Shown here piece after piece: positions 46,709-56,426 of a stretch of DNA of 58,592 bases (within the stretch, counting starts at the first letter, position 1; each line of letters opens with the position of its first letter). The notes below the pieces were generated by a model that worked only from the letters and a program-made list of their open reading frames with translations, was not told the origin of the DNA and did not search any database. Position numbers and translations under genes: made by a program. Source of the DNA: a virus. Taxonomy: Duplodnaviria > Caudoviricetes. Location of the stretch: positions 1-58,592 of IMG/VR virus record IMGVR_UViG_3300049011_000013; one strand, 5' to 3'.

Positions 46709-47250
46709 GAGTACACCACGAAGCCATCAAGGCAATGCCCGAGGAAACCTTCGCTCGCGCCCGGATCATCGAACAACTGCACCGTGCGGGCGCGGATGTA
46801 TGCCTGAATCGCCTTCGGCACGCTCATGTACGATTCGCCGTAGCCGCAGGTATAGTCCACCGTCACTGTGTTGAGTTGATCAGCGAGCGTTTCAGGCCAC
46901 GCCTTACCCGATGCCGGAACCACGTAGCCAGGCTCCGTTACCAGGTCTTGGTAGTAGTCGAGTGGGTCGAGCGTTTGCGTAACGCCGTTGGTATCAACAA
47001 ACCTTACGGACTCAATCGAAACGACAGGCGCGAGGTCCAGTTTGATCGACTCAGGAAAGCCATCCAGCGTCACGCGGCGAGTCTGTGTGATCAGCGCGCG
47101 CTGCAATCGATGCTCGACTTCGGCCGTAATCGCATAGATGATCGATTCGATCTGGCCGTTCAAGGCCACATCCGGATCGCGAAGGTCCAGGCGAACGTCA
47201 TCCATCGAGACCGGCAGCGCTTCCGGTCCCGTTACTTGTTTGTAGCTCAT
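46705..47250 (-). CDS. head-tail connector (gp6-like)
   Basis: P.ALPVS, RALITQT, PV.SI.SV, V.V.Y..GYG....VP. Confidence 0.8.
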   Translation of the reverse strand: MSYKQVTGPEALPVSMDDVRLDLRDPDVALNGQIESIIYAITAEVEHRLQRALITQTRRVTLDGFPESIKLDLAPVVSIESVRFVDTNGVTQTLDPLDYYQDLVTEPGYVVPASGKAWPETLADQLNTVTVDYTCGYGESYMSVPKAIQAYIRARTVQLFDDPGASEGFLGHCLDGFVVYS

Positions 47251-49988
47251 CGATTGCCGTCCTGTGCGGTGTTTCTGCCGGTGGTTGGGTTCGTGCGTTT
47301 GGTGCGGTAGCCGCCGCCCGATGGGGATCGCACATAGTTCGTTTCGGCCTCGATTGCGTATGCGCCTGCGAGATTGGCGCTGACAGCCGCGACAATGGCG
47401 AAGGTCGCCGCAAAGTCAGAATTGATGCGCTCCAAAATCGCGTATGTGGCCGAAAGATCGCTGCTTACCTGCCCTGTAACCGAGTCAATCAGGTACGTCG
47501 CAGCCATGTTGCCGCTGACCGAATCCAGGATGGCGTAGGCGGCAGCTAGATTGCTACTAACCGACGAAGCCACAGTATAAGTTGCCGCTAGATTTCCGCT
47601 GACCGAGCCGGCCATCGCATACGTTGCCGCGAGGTTGCTGCTAACCGAGGTGAAACCGATGTTGATCGTGTAAGTGGTGTCCGGTTCTGCTACGCCGTTT
47701 TTATACGTACGCTTGTCGCCAACATAGGTGCCATCGGCGCCAGTAGCAACGTAAGATCCGTCCTCGTCAACCTCAATCGTCAGGCCCACTGGCACGGTCA
47801 GGATGCGGACCATGTACTCGGTGCCGACCGGATCACTTACATCAACCTCATCTTCCAGCAGGCTCGCAATCGGGAACCCGGAGGCGATGCCAGCGGCGAG
47901 CACTCCGTGCCCCCTGTCGCCGCAAACTACGGTGCCAGGAATCAGGCTTACAGTGTCGCAGCGGATCGTTTTTCGCATTGTTCGCTCAGGTGTAGATTCG
48001 CCAATTGAGGCCGGGGCAACGCTCCAAACCGGCGAAATATTGAAAGTCGCCTGTATGTCGTCATAATTACTGGCCGCTGTCATGCGGTTGTAGGCCGCCT
48101 CCGCGCCAGGCACGCCGAATCGCACGGCGTAGGAAATCGACGGGTGAATGTTCCCCCACATCGACCTTGCCCATGTGTTCGACGTAAATTCCGCGCCAAG
48201 CACTCCCTCCGTGTCGCTCATGTATCCCGGATCGTCCAGCCAAGTGCGCCGGTAGATATCGGCCCAGTCCGAAATCCACGGGCCGGTTCCACCGGCAAAA
48301 TCGGGCAGCACCGTGGTTCCGGCCGGGAAATCGTATGGCGCGCCGTTCACATACCAAAAATCGCTAGACGTGCCGAGACGGCCCACCACATGCTTGGCAT
48401 TCCACTGGAAGAAGGTTTCTAGCTTGGCGAACTTGTCGGACGGGATTGGCACACCCATTGCGATGGCGTAGCCGATGGTCGCAGTGAAAAAATCCTGCTG
48501 CCAGATGGCGATCATCATGCCGCCCTCTACGGTGTCGTAGAACTCGCCAGGCTGGATCAGGCCATATGGATTGTTGCTCTGCTCGATGTATATCATCGAG
48601 AAGTAATCGATAATTCTGTCGATCAGGGTGATGAACTCGTCGCGCAGCGCCGTGTCATCGTCCGGCATGATTGTCAGCGCCTGCACCAGGGCGCGGAAGC
48701 CCCATGCAACCGCGCGAGTTTGCGTCGCACCGTACGACGAATAGAATCGGATGCGATAAGATGCTTCCGGCAACCAGTCCGTGATGTTAAACCAGTTCAC
48801 AGTGGCCGCAAACTGGATGGTTTCTACGTGATACCAGTGTCCTGTCAGCAGGTAAGCCATGAAGCCCACGGATGGGCTGTGCGCAGTGTCCCAACTCGCA
48901 TTAACGCCGCCTGCTGGCGTCGGCGTGTAGTTACTAGCCGTCGATGCACCGGTGTGAAAGACCCCGCTGTTCTCCGCGAGAACCAGTGTCGGGTGCACGG
49001 AAAAGCGCGGGGCACGGTTGGTTGACGCTTCGCGGTAATGAAGCGGATACCGACCCGCCGAATAGCCGTTGCGCACTGCCGCACCGTAGAGCAATTCAAA
49101 ATTATCGGTGCAAACAAGGTAGGCGACATCATGCTCTGGCAACAGACCGATAGGAGGCTGGTAGCCCGATTCCGCCATGTTATCGGCGTAGTACGTGAAC
49201 CCGCCGATTTGGAACGGCGCATAGGTGGTCGGAAGTGTTGCAACGCCAGTGGCGCTGCGCGAGGCACTGTAGGTCGGCACCAGTTCTGTCGATTGCAGGT
49301 AAGCCACATCAAGGCGCGGCGTCACGCCCGGCGCTGTGTCAAGCCAATACGACAGCGCGGTGCCATTAATCAGTGGCGTGCGTGTGTGGTGCTTCAGGTC
49401 AAGTGCGCCAGAGTAGCGCGACGTGCCGCCTAGCGTGAAGGAATAGGTGGCGCTCTTGTTCGTCGGTGAAGCGACCTGGAAATAGCCATTCTCGATCCAC
49501 GGTAAGACTTCCACTTCGCCGCCAGAGAACAGGCGCACCTCAACGAAGGCCACCAAGTGAGCGTCAGCGCCCACAGGTTTGCGGTAGACCCACGAACTCA
49601 TCTTCGGGCCGGATACCCATGACTGCCAAGGGCTATCCCAATCGGTTGTGGCCCACGACACCGAGCCGAAAGCGCCAGCGTCAATCGCGGCGCTTACGCC
49701 AGTAGCTTTCAGATCCGTGGTCGTCAGCGCCGTGCCGCCCGATGGTGTGCCGATTGACAGCGCCACCGATAGCGGCGTATCAGCGGTCAGCGTCGCGCGG
49801 CCCGACACCACTGCGAACTTCAGCGATCCATCAGGCCAGGCATTCTTTGCCACCACCTGGATGTCAGAGAAGCCAGCGACCAGTTGCGAGCCGCTAGGCA
49901 CATCACCCTGCTTGAAGGCGTGACCCAGCGAGAACGGCGCAGCCGCTTGCGTGGACGCTGACTTCAGGGTGAAGGTTGCTACACTCAT
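47247..49988 (-). CDS. 913-aa virion-module protein: PcRGLX/YetA-like (exo-rhamnogalacturonan-lyase-like) domain plus 14-aa repeats
   Basis: N-terminal PF.LG..F..GD.P...WPDGSLK.A pattern; aromatic-rich helical core; seven VSSNLAATY-type repeats at the C-terminus. Confidence 0.5.
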   Translation of the reverse strand: MSVATFTLKSASTQAAAPFSLGHAFKQGDVPSGSQLVAGFSDIQVVAKNAWPDGSLKFAVVSGRATLTADTPLSVALSIGTPSGGTALTTTDLKATGVSAAIDAGAFGSVSWATTDWDSPWQSWVSGPKMSSWVYRKPVGADAHLVAFVEVRLFSGGEVEVLPWIENGYFQVASPTNKSATYSFTLGGTSRYSGALDLKHHTRTPLINGTALSYWLDTAPGVTPRLDVAYLQSTELVPTYSASRSATGVATLPTTYAPFQIGGFTYYADNMAESGYQPPIGLLPEHDVAYLVCTDNFELLYGAAVRNGYSAGRYPLHYREASTNRAPRFSVHPTLVLAENSGVFHTGASTASNYTPTPAGGVNASWDTAHSPSVGFMAYLLTGHWYHVETIQFAATVNWFNITDWLPEASYRIRFYSSYGATQTRAVAWGFRALVQALTIMPDDDTALRDEFITLIDRIIDYFSMIYIEQSNNPYGLIQPGEFYDTVEGGMMIAIWQQDFFTATIGYAIAMGVPIPSDKFAKLETFFQWNAKHVVGRLGTSSDFWYVNGAPYDFPAGTTVLPDFAGGTGPWISDWADIYRRTWLDDPGYMSDTEGVLGAEFTSNTWARSMWGNIHPSISYAVRFGVPGAEAAYNRMTAASNYDDIQATFNISPVWSVAPASIGESTPERTMRKTIRCDTVSLIPGTVVCGDRGHGVLAAGIASGFPIASLLEDEVDVSDPVGTEYMVRILTVPVGLTIEVDEDGSYVATGADGTYVGDKRTYKNGVAEPDTTYTINIGFTSVSSNLAATYAMAGSVSGNLAATYTVASSVSSNLAAAYAILDSVSGNMAATYLIDSVTGQVSSDLSATYAILERINSDFAATFAIVAAVSANLAGAYAIEAETNYVRSPSGGGYRTKRTNPTTGRNTAQDGNR

Positions 49989-51112
49989 GCAGCCGCCAGC
50001 GTTGCCATTCCTTCGCTTCCGTCAGCGAATTTGAACACACATCGATAGCTCGTACCGGACACGAAGGCGGCATCCGAGTAGTCGTTCAGCGTCGCATCCG
50101 AATTGGTCGTAAGCGATGCTGTCGCGATCAGGGCGTTGGTGCTGGCCAGATTGAAATATACTGTGACCGCCGCGCTGTCGAAATAATACGCGGCAGTGTT
50201 CTTGCCGAAGTCCAGCGGCGAACCAGGACTCGCGGGATCATCGAAGGCAATGGTTGCCGTTGGTGCTGCAATCGCATAGGTCGCAGCCAAATTGCTGCTG
50301 ACAGAGGCGACAATGCCGTAAGTTGCTGCAAGGTTGGATGAAACCTGCCCAACGGAGTCAATCGTGTAGGTTGCTGCTAGGTTCGATGAAACGCTTGCGA
50401 CGATTCCGTAGGTCGCTGCCAAATCCGACGAAACGGACGTGGTAGAAGCGCGCGACAGGGGATGTGCAAGGGCCGAGGAAGACACGCCACCAACCGCCGT
50501 CATCGTGCGTGTTCCGCCAATCGACGTGTATGTGCCTCCTGCCTCGTAATCCTTCAGCGTCCAGCCGTCAACCCAGCCGGTCGTATCTTCCGGCTTCGTG
50601 GTGTCGGCGATCATTGCGTCGATCTGGCCGGTGGTCAGGGCCGTATTGAACCAGTGCGCCTCGGCGAATGCGCCATTGCTAAAGAAAGCAGCCGCGCCGC
50701 TGTTGTAGTGCAGTGCGCCAATGGTGCAGCGGTCGTGGTTCGTAACCTCATCAGTAATCGATGCGGTGCTAGTCACCCCCGAACTGTCGCCGAAGTAGAT
50801 CGTTCGGCTTATGGCGCTCGTGAATACGACCGTCATCATCTTTAGGGCGGTGGTGCTCGTATTCGGCGCAGTAGCCTTCCCTGCACCATCGTTATTCCCG
50901 ATGATAGCTGCGGTCGCATATTTGCCGTCGCTGGAATCCAAATGCCAGCCAGCGAGGTAGCGGTTGTTGTTGCTCTGCTGCTGCGCGATCCAGAATTGAC
51001 TGCCGCTACTTGAAGCTCGCGTGCCGAAAATGACCATCGAGCACGGATAGCCGCTGACGATCTTGGCGCCGTGCTCCAAATAGCCGGTGGTTCCGTTGAG
51101 GGTAATAGGCAT
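49985..51112 (-). CDS. LamG/ConA-lectin-like protein with 14-aa repeats
   Basis: TIGA....F.NG..AE..W.NTALT..QI LamG-like pattern; four VSSNLAATY repeats. Confidence 0.55.
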   Translation of the reverse strand: MPITLNGTTGYLEHGAKIVSGYPCSMVIFGTRASSSGSQFWIAQQQSNNNRYLAGWHLDSSDGKYATAAIIGNNDGAGKATAPNTSTTALKMMTVVFTSAISRTIYFGDSSGVTSTASITDEVTNHDRCTIGALHYNSGAAAFFSNGAFAEAHWFNTALTTGQIDAMIADTTKPEDTTGWVDGWTLKDYEAGGTYTSIGGTRTMTAVGGVSSSALAHPLSRASTTSVSSDLAATYGIVASVSSNLAATYTIDSVGQVSSNLAATYGIVASVSSNLAATYAIAAPTATIAFDDPASPGSPLDFGKNTAAYYFDSAAVTVYFNLASTNALIATASLTTNSDATLNDYSDAAFVSGTSYRCVFKFADGSEGMATLAAA

Positions 51113-52258
51113 TTAGACCGCCGTTGGTAAGAAATACAGGTTGCTCGATTGCTTCGGCATGAGCAGGAAGCCTTTCATCGCTGGCACGTAGCGGAAGCGG
51201 CCGGTTAGGCCTGCGCCGCCGCCAGGGCTTTGGCTTGGGGTGGCGGACCCGACGCCGAGCGAAAGGATGGAAACGTCCCAACCAGACCCGCCGTCCGATT
51301 TCACGACGTAGACGCGCTCCGGGTTCGGGTGCGGGCCGACGCCCAGCTTCGCGCCGGGATAGAACAGGAAACGGTCGTTGTCGGGGTCGTAGTCCATCGC
51401 CGAATAAATCGGCGCATCAGCCAAAAGTTGAGTCTTCGCTGCGCTTGCATTTAGCGTTGCGGGTGTCTGCACGCCAGCGGCGCTGATTGTCGATGCCAGC
51501 AAGCCGAGTTCCGGATTGAAGCCTTGTCCATCCCCATAGTTCAACGTGAACACGATGTCGCGCGCCGAATCGTAGGCAGCGGGGAACCGATGTAATTGCG
51601 ACCAGGTGTAATAGGTGTAGGTGTCGGCAACAGGATTCCATTTCACGCCGCCGTGAATCCACACTTCACCGTTCTTACCTTGGCACATCGAATAAGTGCC
51701 GGACGGGTACACCATGTCAGTCCACGTGCCGATTGGGTCCCACACGCCAACGCCGGCGGTAAGTTCCCCTGAGCCCATGTCGAATCCGTCAACGTAGCGG
51801 AATTGGTAAGCGTTGTACTGCGTCCCATACAGACCGTGCATCATCAGACGGTTATTTTCCGCGCTCCATGTCCCGGACGAATAGGTATGACGGGATGCCG
51901 GCTCACCGTCTGCGTAATAAGCCACGTCGGTGATCGGCGAGCTAGAACTGGCGCGCAGCTGCACCCATCCCTGCGTCGTCAGGTCGTCTTTAGACAGGCG
52001 AAGCGCAACCACGCGATTGTCGAAGGTGGCGCCGTGGCCACCGGCAAGCGCAACGATGATGTCACTCGTGTCAGGGCGCACCACGAAGCCGCTGAAGGCA
52101 TCAACCGCCGCGCCGCCAGCACCTGACGTGCCTGCCAGTTCATACCAAGTATCGACGGCCATGCCTTCGCGCCAAGCCGGATAACTTGCGGCAGGCGCTT
52201 CGCAGCCGCCATAGATCGGCACCGCGCCAGGTGCGACGCTAACGACGTAGTTCGGCAT
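51113..52258 (-). CDS. beta-propeller (Kelch-like) protein
   Basis: GGHG...DN.V, G.P.SRHTY, repeated YD(P/S) turns and W..L; TAATG coupling. Confidence 0.55.
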   Translation of the reverse strand: MPNYVVSVAPGAVPIYGGCEAPAASYPAWREGMAVDTWYELAGTSGAGGAAVDAFSGFVVRPDTSDIIVALAGGHGATFDNRVVALRLSKDDLTTQGWVQLRASSSSPITDVAYYADGEPASRHTYSSGTWSAENNRLMMHGLYGTQYNAYQFRYVDGFDMGSGELTAGVGVWDPIGTWTDMVYPSGTYSMCQGKNGEVWIHGGVKWNPVADTYTYYTWSQLHRFPAAYDSARDIVFTLNYGDGQGFNPELGLLASTISAAGVQTPATLNASAAKTQLLADAPIYSAMDYDPDNDRFLFYPGAKLGVGPHPNPERVYVVKSDGGSGWDVSILSLGVGSATPSQSPGGGAGLTGRFRYVPAMKGFLLMPKQSSNLYFLPTAV

Positions 52259-52755
52259 TACGCAGCGGTGTCGCCAGTTGCGCGCAGCGTGAAGGTGTCG
52301 GTCGCGGCGGTGGTTCCAGCCGTGATCGTGCGGCGCAGCCATACGGCCATGTGCTGACCAGCTGGGATCGTGCCGAGCGAGACTCCAGCGCCGAGGGTCG
52401 CAGCAGCCACCCAGGTAACGCCAGTTGGCGCGGTCGATTCGTTGGCGACGGTCTGCTCAGTGCCGTTCACAGCCGACGTGCCGACAGCGATGTCAACGGT
52501 GGTCGTGGAGCTTGGCGTATTCGCCGGGAGCCAGGCGACAGCGGAAGTCAGCGACAGCGATCCGTGACTGTTCTTGACGTAGACGCAGCGGTATTCGACA
52601 TCGCCTGCGGTGGACTCGCCCGAGGTGACATCATCGAAAATTGCCGACGTTGCCTCGGTGGAGGTGGAGCGCGCGCCGCCGAGCGACGCGGCTGCGGAAC
52701 TGTTGCCCGACCCGCCCGAAAGGAAGAAGTCGATATCTGCGGCTACGATTGCCAT
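52258..52755 (-). CDS. Thr/Ala-rich virion protein
   Basis: SLGG..S, FDDV...E...G.VEYRC.YV.N, VWLRR; GAGG RBS. Confidence 0.6.
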   Translation of the reverse strand: MAIVAADIDFFLSGGSGNSSAAASLGGARSTSTEATSAIFDDVTSGESTAGDVEYRCVYVKNSHGSLSLTSAVAWLPANTPSSTTTVDIAVGTSAVNGTEQTVANESTAPTGVTWVAAATLGAGVSLGTIPAGQHMAVWLRRTITAGTTAATDTFTLRATGDTAA

Positions 52756-52800
52756 TTTTTACCTCGTTGTATTGGGGATTGCTGCCCGGATGGGCGGGGA

Positions 52801-52974
52801 TTACTTCAGCGATTCGGCGTAAGCGACGGCTTCAGGGCTGGCGTCAAGTTGGCCGGCACTTGCGGCGGCCATTTCTGCGTCAACCTCAACAACATCGTTC
52901 GGCTCTCCGAATGAGCACTTGAGAAGGACGCGCGCCTTGACGGTGCCTTCCGGGGCTTTTGGGGTCTTTGCCAT
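52801..52974 (-). CDS. small post-capsid protein (57 aa), absent from the ORF track
   Basis: MAKTPKAPEGTVKARVL...AVAYAESLK*; usual position after the capsid gene. Confidence 0.6.
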   Translation of the reverse strand: MAKTPKAPEGTVKARVLLKCSFGEPNDVVEVDAEMAAASAGQLDASPEAVAYAESLK

Positions 52975-53026
52975 TGATTTCTTTCAGGTGTAAGATAGCG
53001 GCGAGCCGAAGCCCGCCGCAGGCCAC

Positions 53027-54223
53027 TTAGGAAGCTGCGTTGATGTAGTGCTTCACAGCTGCCGGCTCAAGCAGGTTGCCGCCCGAACGGTGCCAGCCGC
53101 AGAAGCCGACTTGACCCTTCAGCGCAAACGCCGAGTCATCGAAGCGGCGCATCTGCGTGGTGTTGGCCACATCGCGGATGGTGTATTGCGACAGGTCGCC
53201 GAAAATGATCGACTTCGCGCTAGCAGCCATCACCGCAACGTCGTCGTTGGTGACAACAGCCTTGCCCAGCAGGGTGTCTGGCACGCCTTCAGCAACCGAA
53301 GGAACCCAGATCGGGCGACCGGTGGTGTCCTTCAGCTTCGACACGATGGCGACACTGGTGTCGTTCATCATGAACTTGGCATTAGCGCGGTAGGCGCGGT
53401 TGACGGCGTGCTTCAAGTCCACCAGGTCGTCGTAGATGACGGTGGTGGTCTGGCCGCTCGCGCCAACTTTGCCGGCGCCAGATTTCGGCACGATGCCATC
53501 CGGCAGGGTCGAGCCCGCGCCAGTGGTGAAGTGCGTGTTCTGGATGCGGGCGATGCGGGTTGCCAGGCGGTTGACGACGAAGGCGATGATGTCAATCGCG
53601 CTGTCTTGGATCAGCTCAATTGGCAGGGCGATCTGCTTGGACGAGTATTTGTACGTCGGCAGCGCGATGGTGCCGAAGGTCACATCGCCAGCGGTGGCGA
53701 CGATGTTCTCTGCCAGGATTTCGCCCACTTCGCTGGTGCCGTCGCTGGTCGGGAAGTTCAGCGAATTGCCGCTGGAAGTGGTCAAGATGGTTGCCACTTC
53801 GCGCATACCGCCGAAGGCCTTCAGCTTGTCGATCACCATCGCGGCGATTTCGGCCGGAACGGTATAGCCGCCCTCGGTCGTGGTCGTGGTGGACATCGCA
53901 TTGCGGATTTGGATCGCCTGCTCGTTGGTCACGTTCGCACCGTGACGCAGGTACAGGGCAACAGCGACCAGCGCATCGACGGTGACGCCTTCTTCCGGCT
54001 TCTTGGGCGGCGCGGCGTTGAAGAACTGTTCCGCTTCCAGCTCGCGCATGGCTTCCAGGTTCTTGATCTGGTTTTTGGCCGAGACGATGTCTGCTTGCAG
54101 GCCGTCGAACTTGGTCTGGTCTTCAGGGGTCCATACCTGATCGCCCTTTTCGGCAAGCAGGTGATTCGCGGCAGTTGCGAGAGTCTGGATCTTCTCGCGG
54201 AGGGCTTGGATAGTAGCAGCCAT
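53027..54223 (-). CDS. major capsid protein (HK97 fold)
   Basis: N-terminal coiled-coil delta domain, GGYTVP, ELIQDS, LKD..GRP.W, GDLS.Y. Confidence 0.95.
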   Translation of the reverse strand: MAATIQALREKIQTLATAANHLLAEKGDQVWTPEDQTKFDGLQADIVSAKNQIKNLEAMRELEAEQFFNAAPPKKPEEGVTVDALVAVALYLRHGANVTNEQAIQIRNAMSTTTTTEGGYTVPAEIAAMVIDKLKAFGGMREVATILTTSSGNSLNFPTSDGTSEVGEILAENIVATAGDVTFGTIALPTYKYSSKQIALPIELIQDSAIDIIAFVVNRLATRIARIQNTHFTTGAGSTLPDGIVPKSGAGKVGASGQTTTVIYDDLVDLKHAVNRAYRANAKFMMNDTSVAIVSKLKDTTGRPIWVPSVAEGVPDTLLGKAVVTNDDVAVMAASAKSIIFGDLSQYTIRDVANTTQMRRFDDSAFALKGQVGFCGWHRSGGNLLEPAAVKHYINAAS

Positions 54224-54240
54224 TTATGGCCTTTCAAATG

Positions 54241-54263
54241 AAAAAGGGAGCCAAATGGCTCCC
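54241..54263 (-). terminator. hairpin/terminator between the protease and capsid genes
   Basis: GGGAGCCA-TT-TGGCTCCC followed by TTTTT on the minus strand. Confidence 0.55.
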
Positions 54264-54306
54264 AGTTGTTGAGGTGTCCGACCTCGGCGGGCGTACGCGA
54301 GAAGCG

Positions 54307-55116
54307 TTACAGTGCTAGGGTGAGTGCGAGACGATTCTTGTTCGCCTGGGTCATGGATGGAATTGGAGCGGGCGGCTCAATGACAGGCTCGGGCGCAGGT
54401 TCCGGCTCGACGGCTGCAACTGGCGCGGCCGCCGGCTCGGGAATGGGATCGGGTGTGGGCGCGGTCAGGGCCGCCGGGGCTTTGTCGTACGCTGCGAGGT
54501 TCCATGCCGCGACGTTCGCGACATTGGCTGCACCGGTCTTGACTGGCGAGGGGGTAATGCTGTCGATGAATCCATGCTCAAGCGCTTGATCGGCGCTCAT
54601 CCACGTTTCCTCATCCATCATCGCGACAATCTCGTCCTTTTCCTTGCCAGTCTTGGTCGTGTAATCGTTGACGATAGAGCCTTCAATCTGCTCCAGTAGA
54701 TCAGCGGTTTCGCGCATCGCGGTCTTGTCGCCCCAAGCCATCGCGCTGGCGTTATGCACCATGAAGAAGGCCCCTTGCGACATTTCAACCTCGTCGCAGG
54801 CCAGTGCGACACTGGTTGCGGCGCTCGCGCACAGGCTATCAACGTGGGCAACGGTCTTGCCCTTGAACCGCGACAGGGCGGCCATGATTGCGCGCCCCTC
54901 GAACACCGAGCCACCAGGGGAGTTGATGTAGACGTGAAGCACTTCCGCGTCGCCAGCCTCGGCCACCGCTTCAGTTACTTGCATGGCGCTCACGCCCCAG
55001 TACGAGTCAATCACGTCATAGATGTACAGCGACGCCTCGGATGCGTTGCGCACCAAGTTGACCGGCTGCTTTGGTCGAGCCGCGTTGTCGCGGAATAGCT
55101 GAAGGATTTTGCTCAT
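54307..55116 (-). CDS. ClpP-type prohead protease
   Basis: INSPGGSVF, ASAAT, FMVHNA, ETWMSA.QA...GF.D. Confidence 0.92.
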   Translation of the reverse strand: MSKILQLFRDNAARPKQPVNLVRNASEASLYIYDVIDSYWGVSAMQVTEAVAEAGDAEVLHVYINSPGGSVFEGRAIMAALSRFKGKTVAHVDSLCASAATSVALACDEVEMSQGAFFMVHNASAMAWGDKTAMRETADLLEQIEGSIVNDYTTKTGKEKDEIVAMMDEETWMSADQALEHGFIDSITPSPVKTGAANVANVAAWNLAAYDKAPAALTAPTPDPIPEPAAAPVAAVEPEPAPEPVIEPPAPIPSMTQANKNRLALTLAL

Positions 55117-56426
55117 TCTGCGGGCGTGCTTTCAGGATTTGGTTTGTCGGAAGGCTTGCCGGGGTCTCGTGGGGCGCGGTAGTATTCGCCGCCGCCTTCA
55201 ATTGGGGGCATGCGCTTGATGCGGCGAACGTCGTCAACTGACATCCAGCCATCGCCAGCGCCAGGGCCACCAAGCGCGGCGCGGAAGTATTCGGCCTGCG
55301 CTTTCACGTCGCTCTCGTACAGCGATTCGCGGTGGAATTCAAGAAAGCGACCAGTGTTTCGCGGGTAGAGCTTGCGGTTCAGTTCTTGTTCGATTTTCTT
55401 CAGCCAGGTTTGCACCGTGTACTGAATGAAGGCGCGGCTGTTTGTTTCGAGGCCGGTGCCCCATGAAGTCTGTCCGGTCGATTCGCCAATCATGTGCGCC
55501 GGCACGCCAAAGGCGCGGGCGATATCGCCAACCTGGAACTTGCGCGCCTCAAGCAGTTGAGCATCGTCGGCGCTCAGGCTCAACTCTTTTGCCGTCACAC
55601 CCTGCGTCAGAACCAGCGGGTTCCTGTGAGCGTTGGCCAGACCGGAGTAGCGATTGCGGAAGGCGACTTGCATATCCGTAATCTGCTGCTGGCTCATCTT
55701 CGACGCCGACTGCAAGACAATCGAAGGGTTCGCGCCGTTCTCGAAGAACTTGCCGCTGTATTCGTCCATCGCAATGGCGTTGCCAATGGCGTTACGGGCG
55801 CCGAACTGGATCACCGACATCGAGCGCATAATCTCGTCATCGAAGCCTAGGCCGGGGAAATGCAGGATATCCGAGGGGTCGAACCACGTTGTGATGCCGT
55901 GGGACGGCAGGTTGACGTAGTATCGGACCCCGTTGCCAGGCGTGCGAACCGGTGACACGCTACCCCAAGGCAGTGGCAGGATTTCGCGGAACGATCCATT
56001 GAGGCGGCGACGGATCAAGCCGTAGCTGTCGCCGCGCAGAAGTTGCGCCATGCTGACGCCTTCCCACATCGAGGCGGCGGTGTATAGCGGCGACGGCGAT
56101 TCGTTGAGCAGATACCACAATTCACTGCGCGGCATGCGCGCTGGAATCTCGCCGCCATCAAGCGAATACTCGTGAATCGGCATGTTGACGATTGCGCCGC
56201 TGATCTTCGCCACGCACGCGGCCACAGCGGAGACTTGCATTGACGACGCGGCAGAGACGGATGTGCCGCCCGCAGAAATGCCGAACGACTCCATAACGCT
56301 GTCGCTGTACGTCACCTCGTTCGACACGCGGGCCGCCTCACGCTCCGCCTTCCAGTTGGTCAGGATTGGCGAACCCTGTACCGAGGCGCGGCGCTTGACA
56401 TCATCCCACGTGTTTTTGTTGGTCAT
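55113..56426 (-). CDS. HK97-family portal protein
   Basis: V.ACV..IS, L.GD.Y, ILHF, FF.NGA.P, DAQLLE.RKF, IARAFGVP. Confidence 0.95.
   Translation of the reverse strand: MTNKNTWDDVKRRASVQGSPILTNWKAEREAARVSNEVTYSDSVMESFGISAGGTSVSAASSMQVSAVAACVAKISGAIVNMPIHEYSLDGGEIPARMPRSELWYLLNESPSPLYTAASMWEGVSMAQLLRGDSYGLIRRRLNGSFREILPLPWGSVSPVRTPGNGVRYYVNLPSHGITTWFDPSDILHFPGLGFDDEIMRSMSVIQFGARNAIGNAIAMDEYSGKFFENGANPSIVLQSASKMSQQQITDMQVAFRNRYSGLANAHRNPLVLTQGVTAKELSLSADDAQLLEARKFQVGDIARAFGVPAHMIGESTGQTSWGTGLETNSRAFIQYTVQTWLKKIEQELNRKLYPRNTGRFLEFHRESLYESDVKAQAEYFRAALGGPGAGDGWMSVDDVRRIKRMPPIEGGGEYYRAPRDPGKPSDKPNPESTPAE

Noticed and set aside
53048-54241. 397-aa plus-strand ORF
   Set aside because: Antisense shadow of the capsid gene, expected from GC-rich codon bias. 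The same applies to most opposite-strand ORFs in the track, such as 18494-19546 and 12084-12926.
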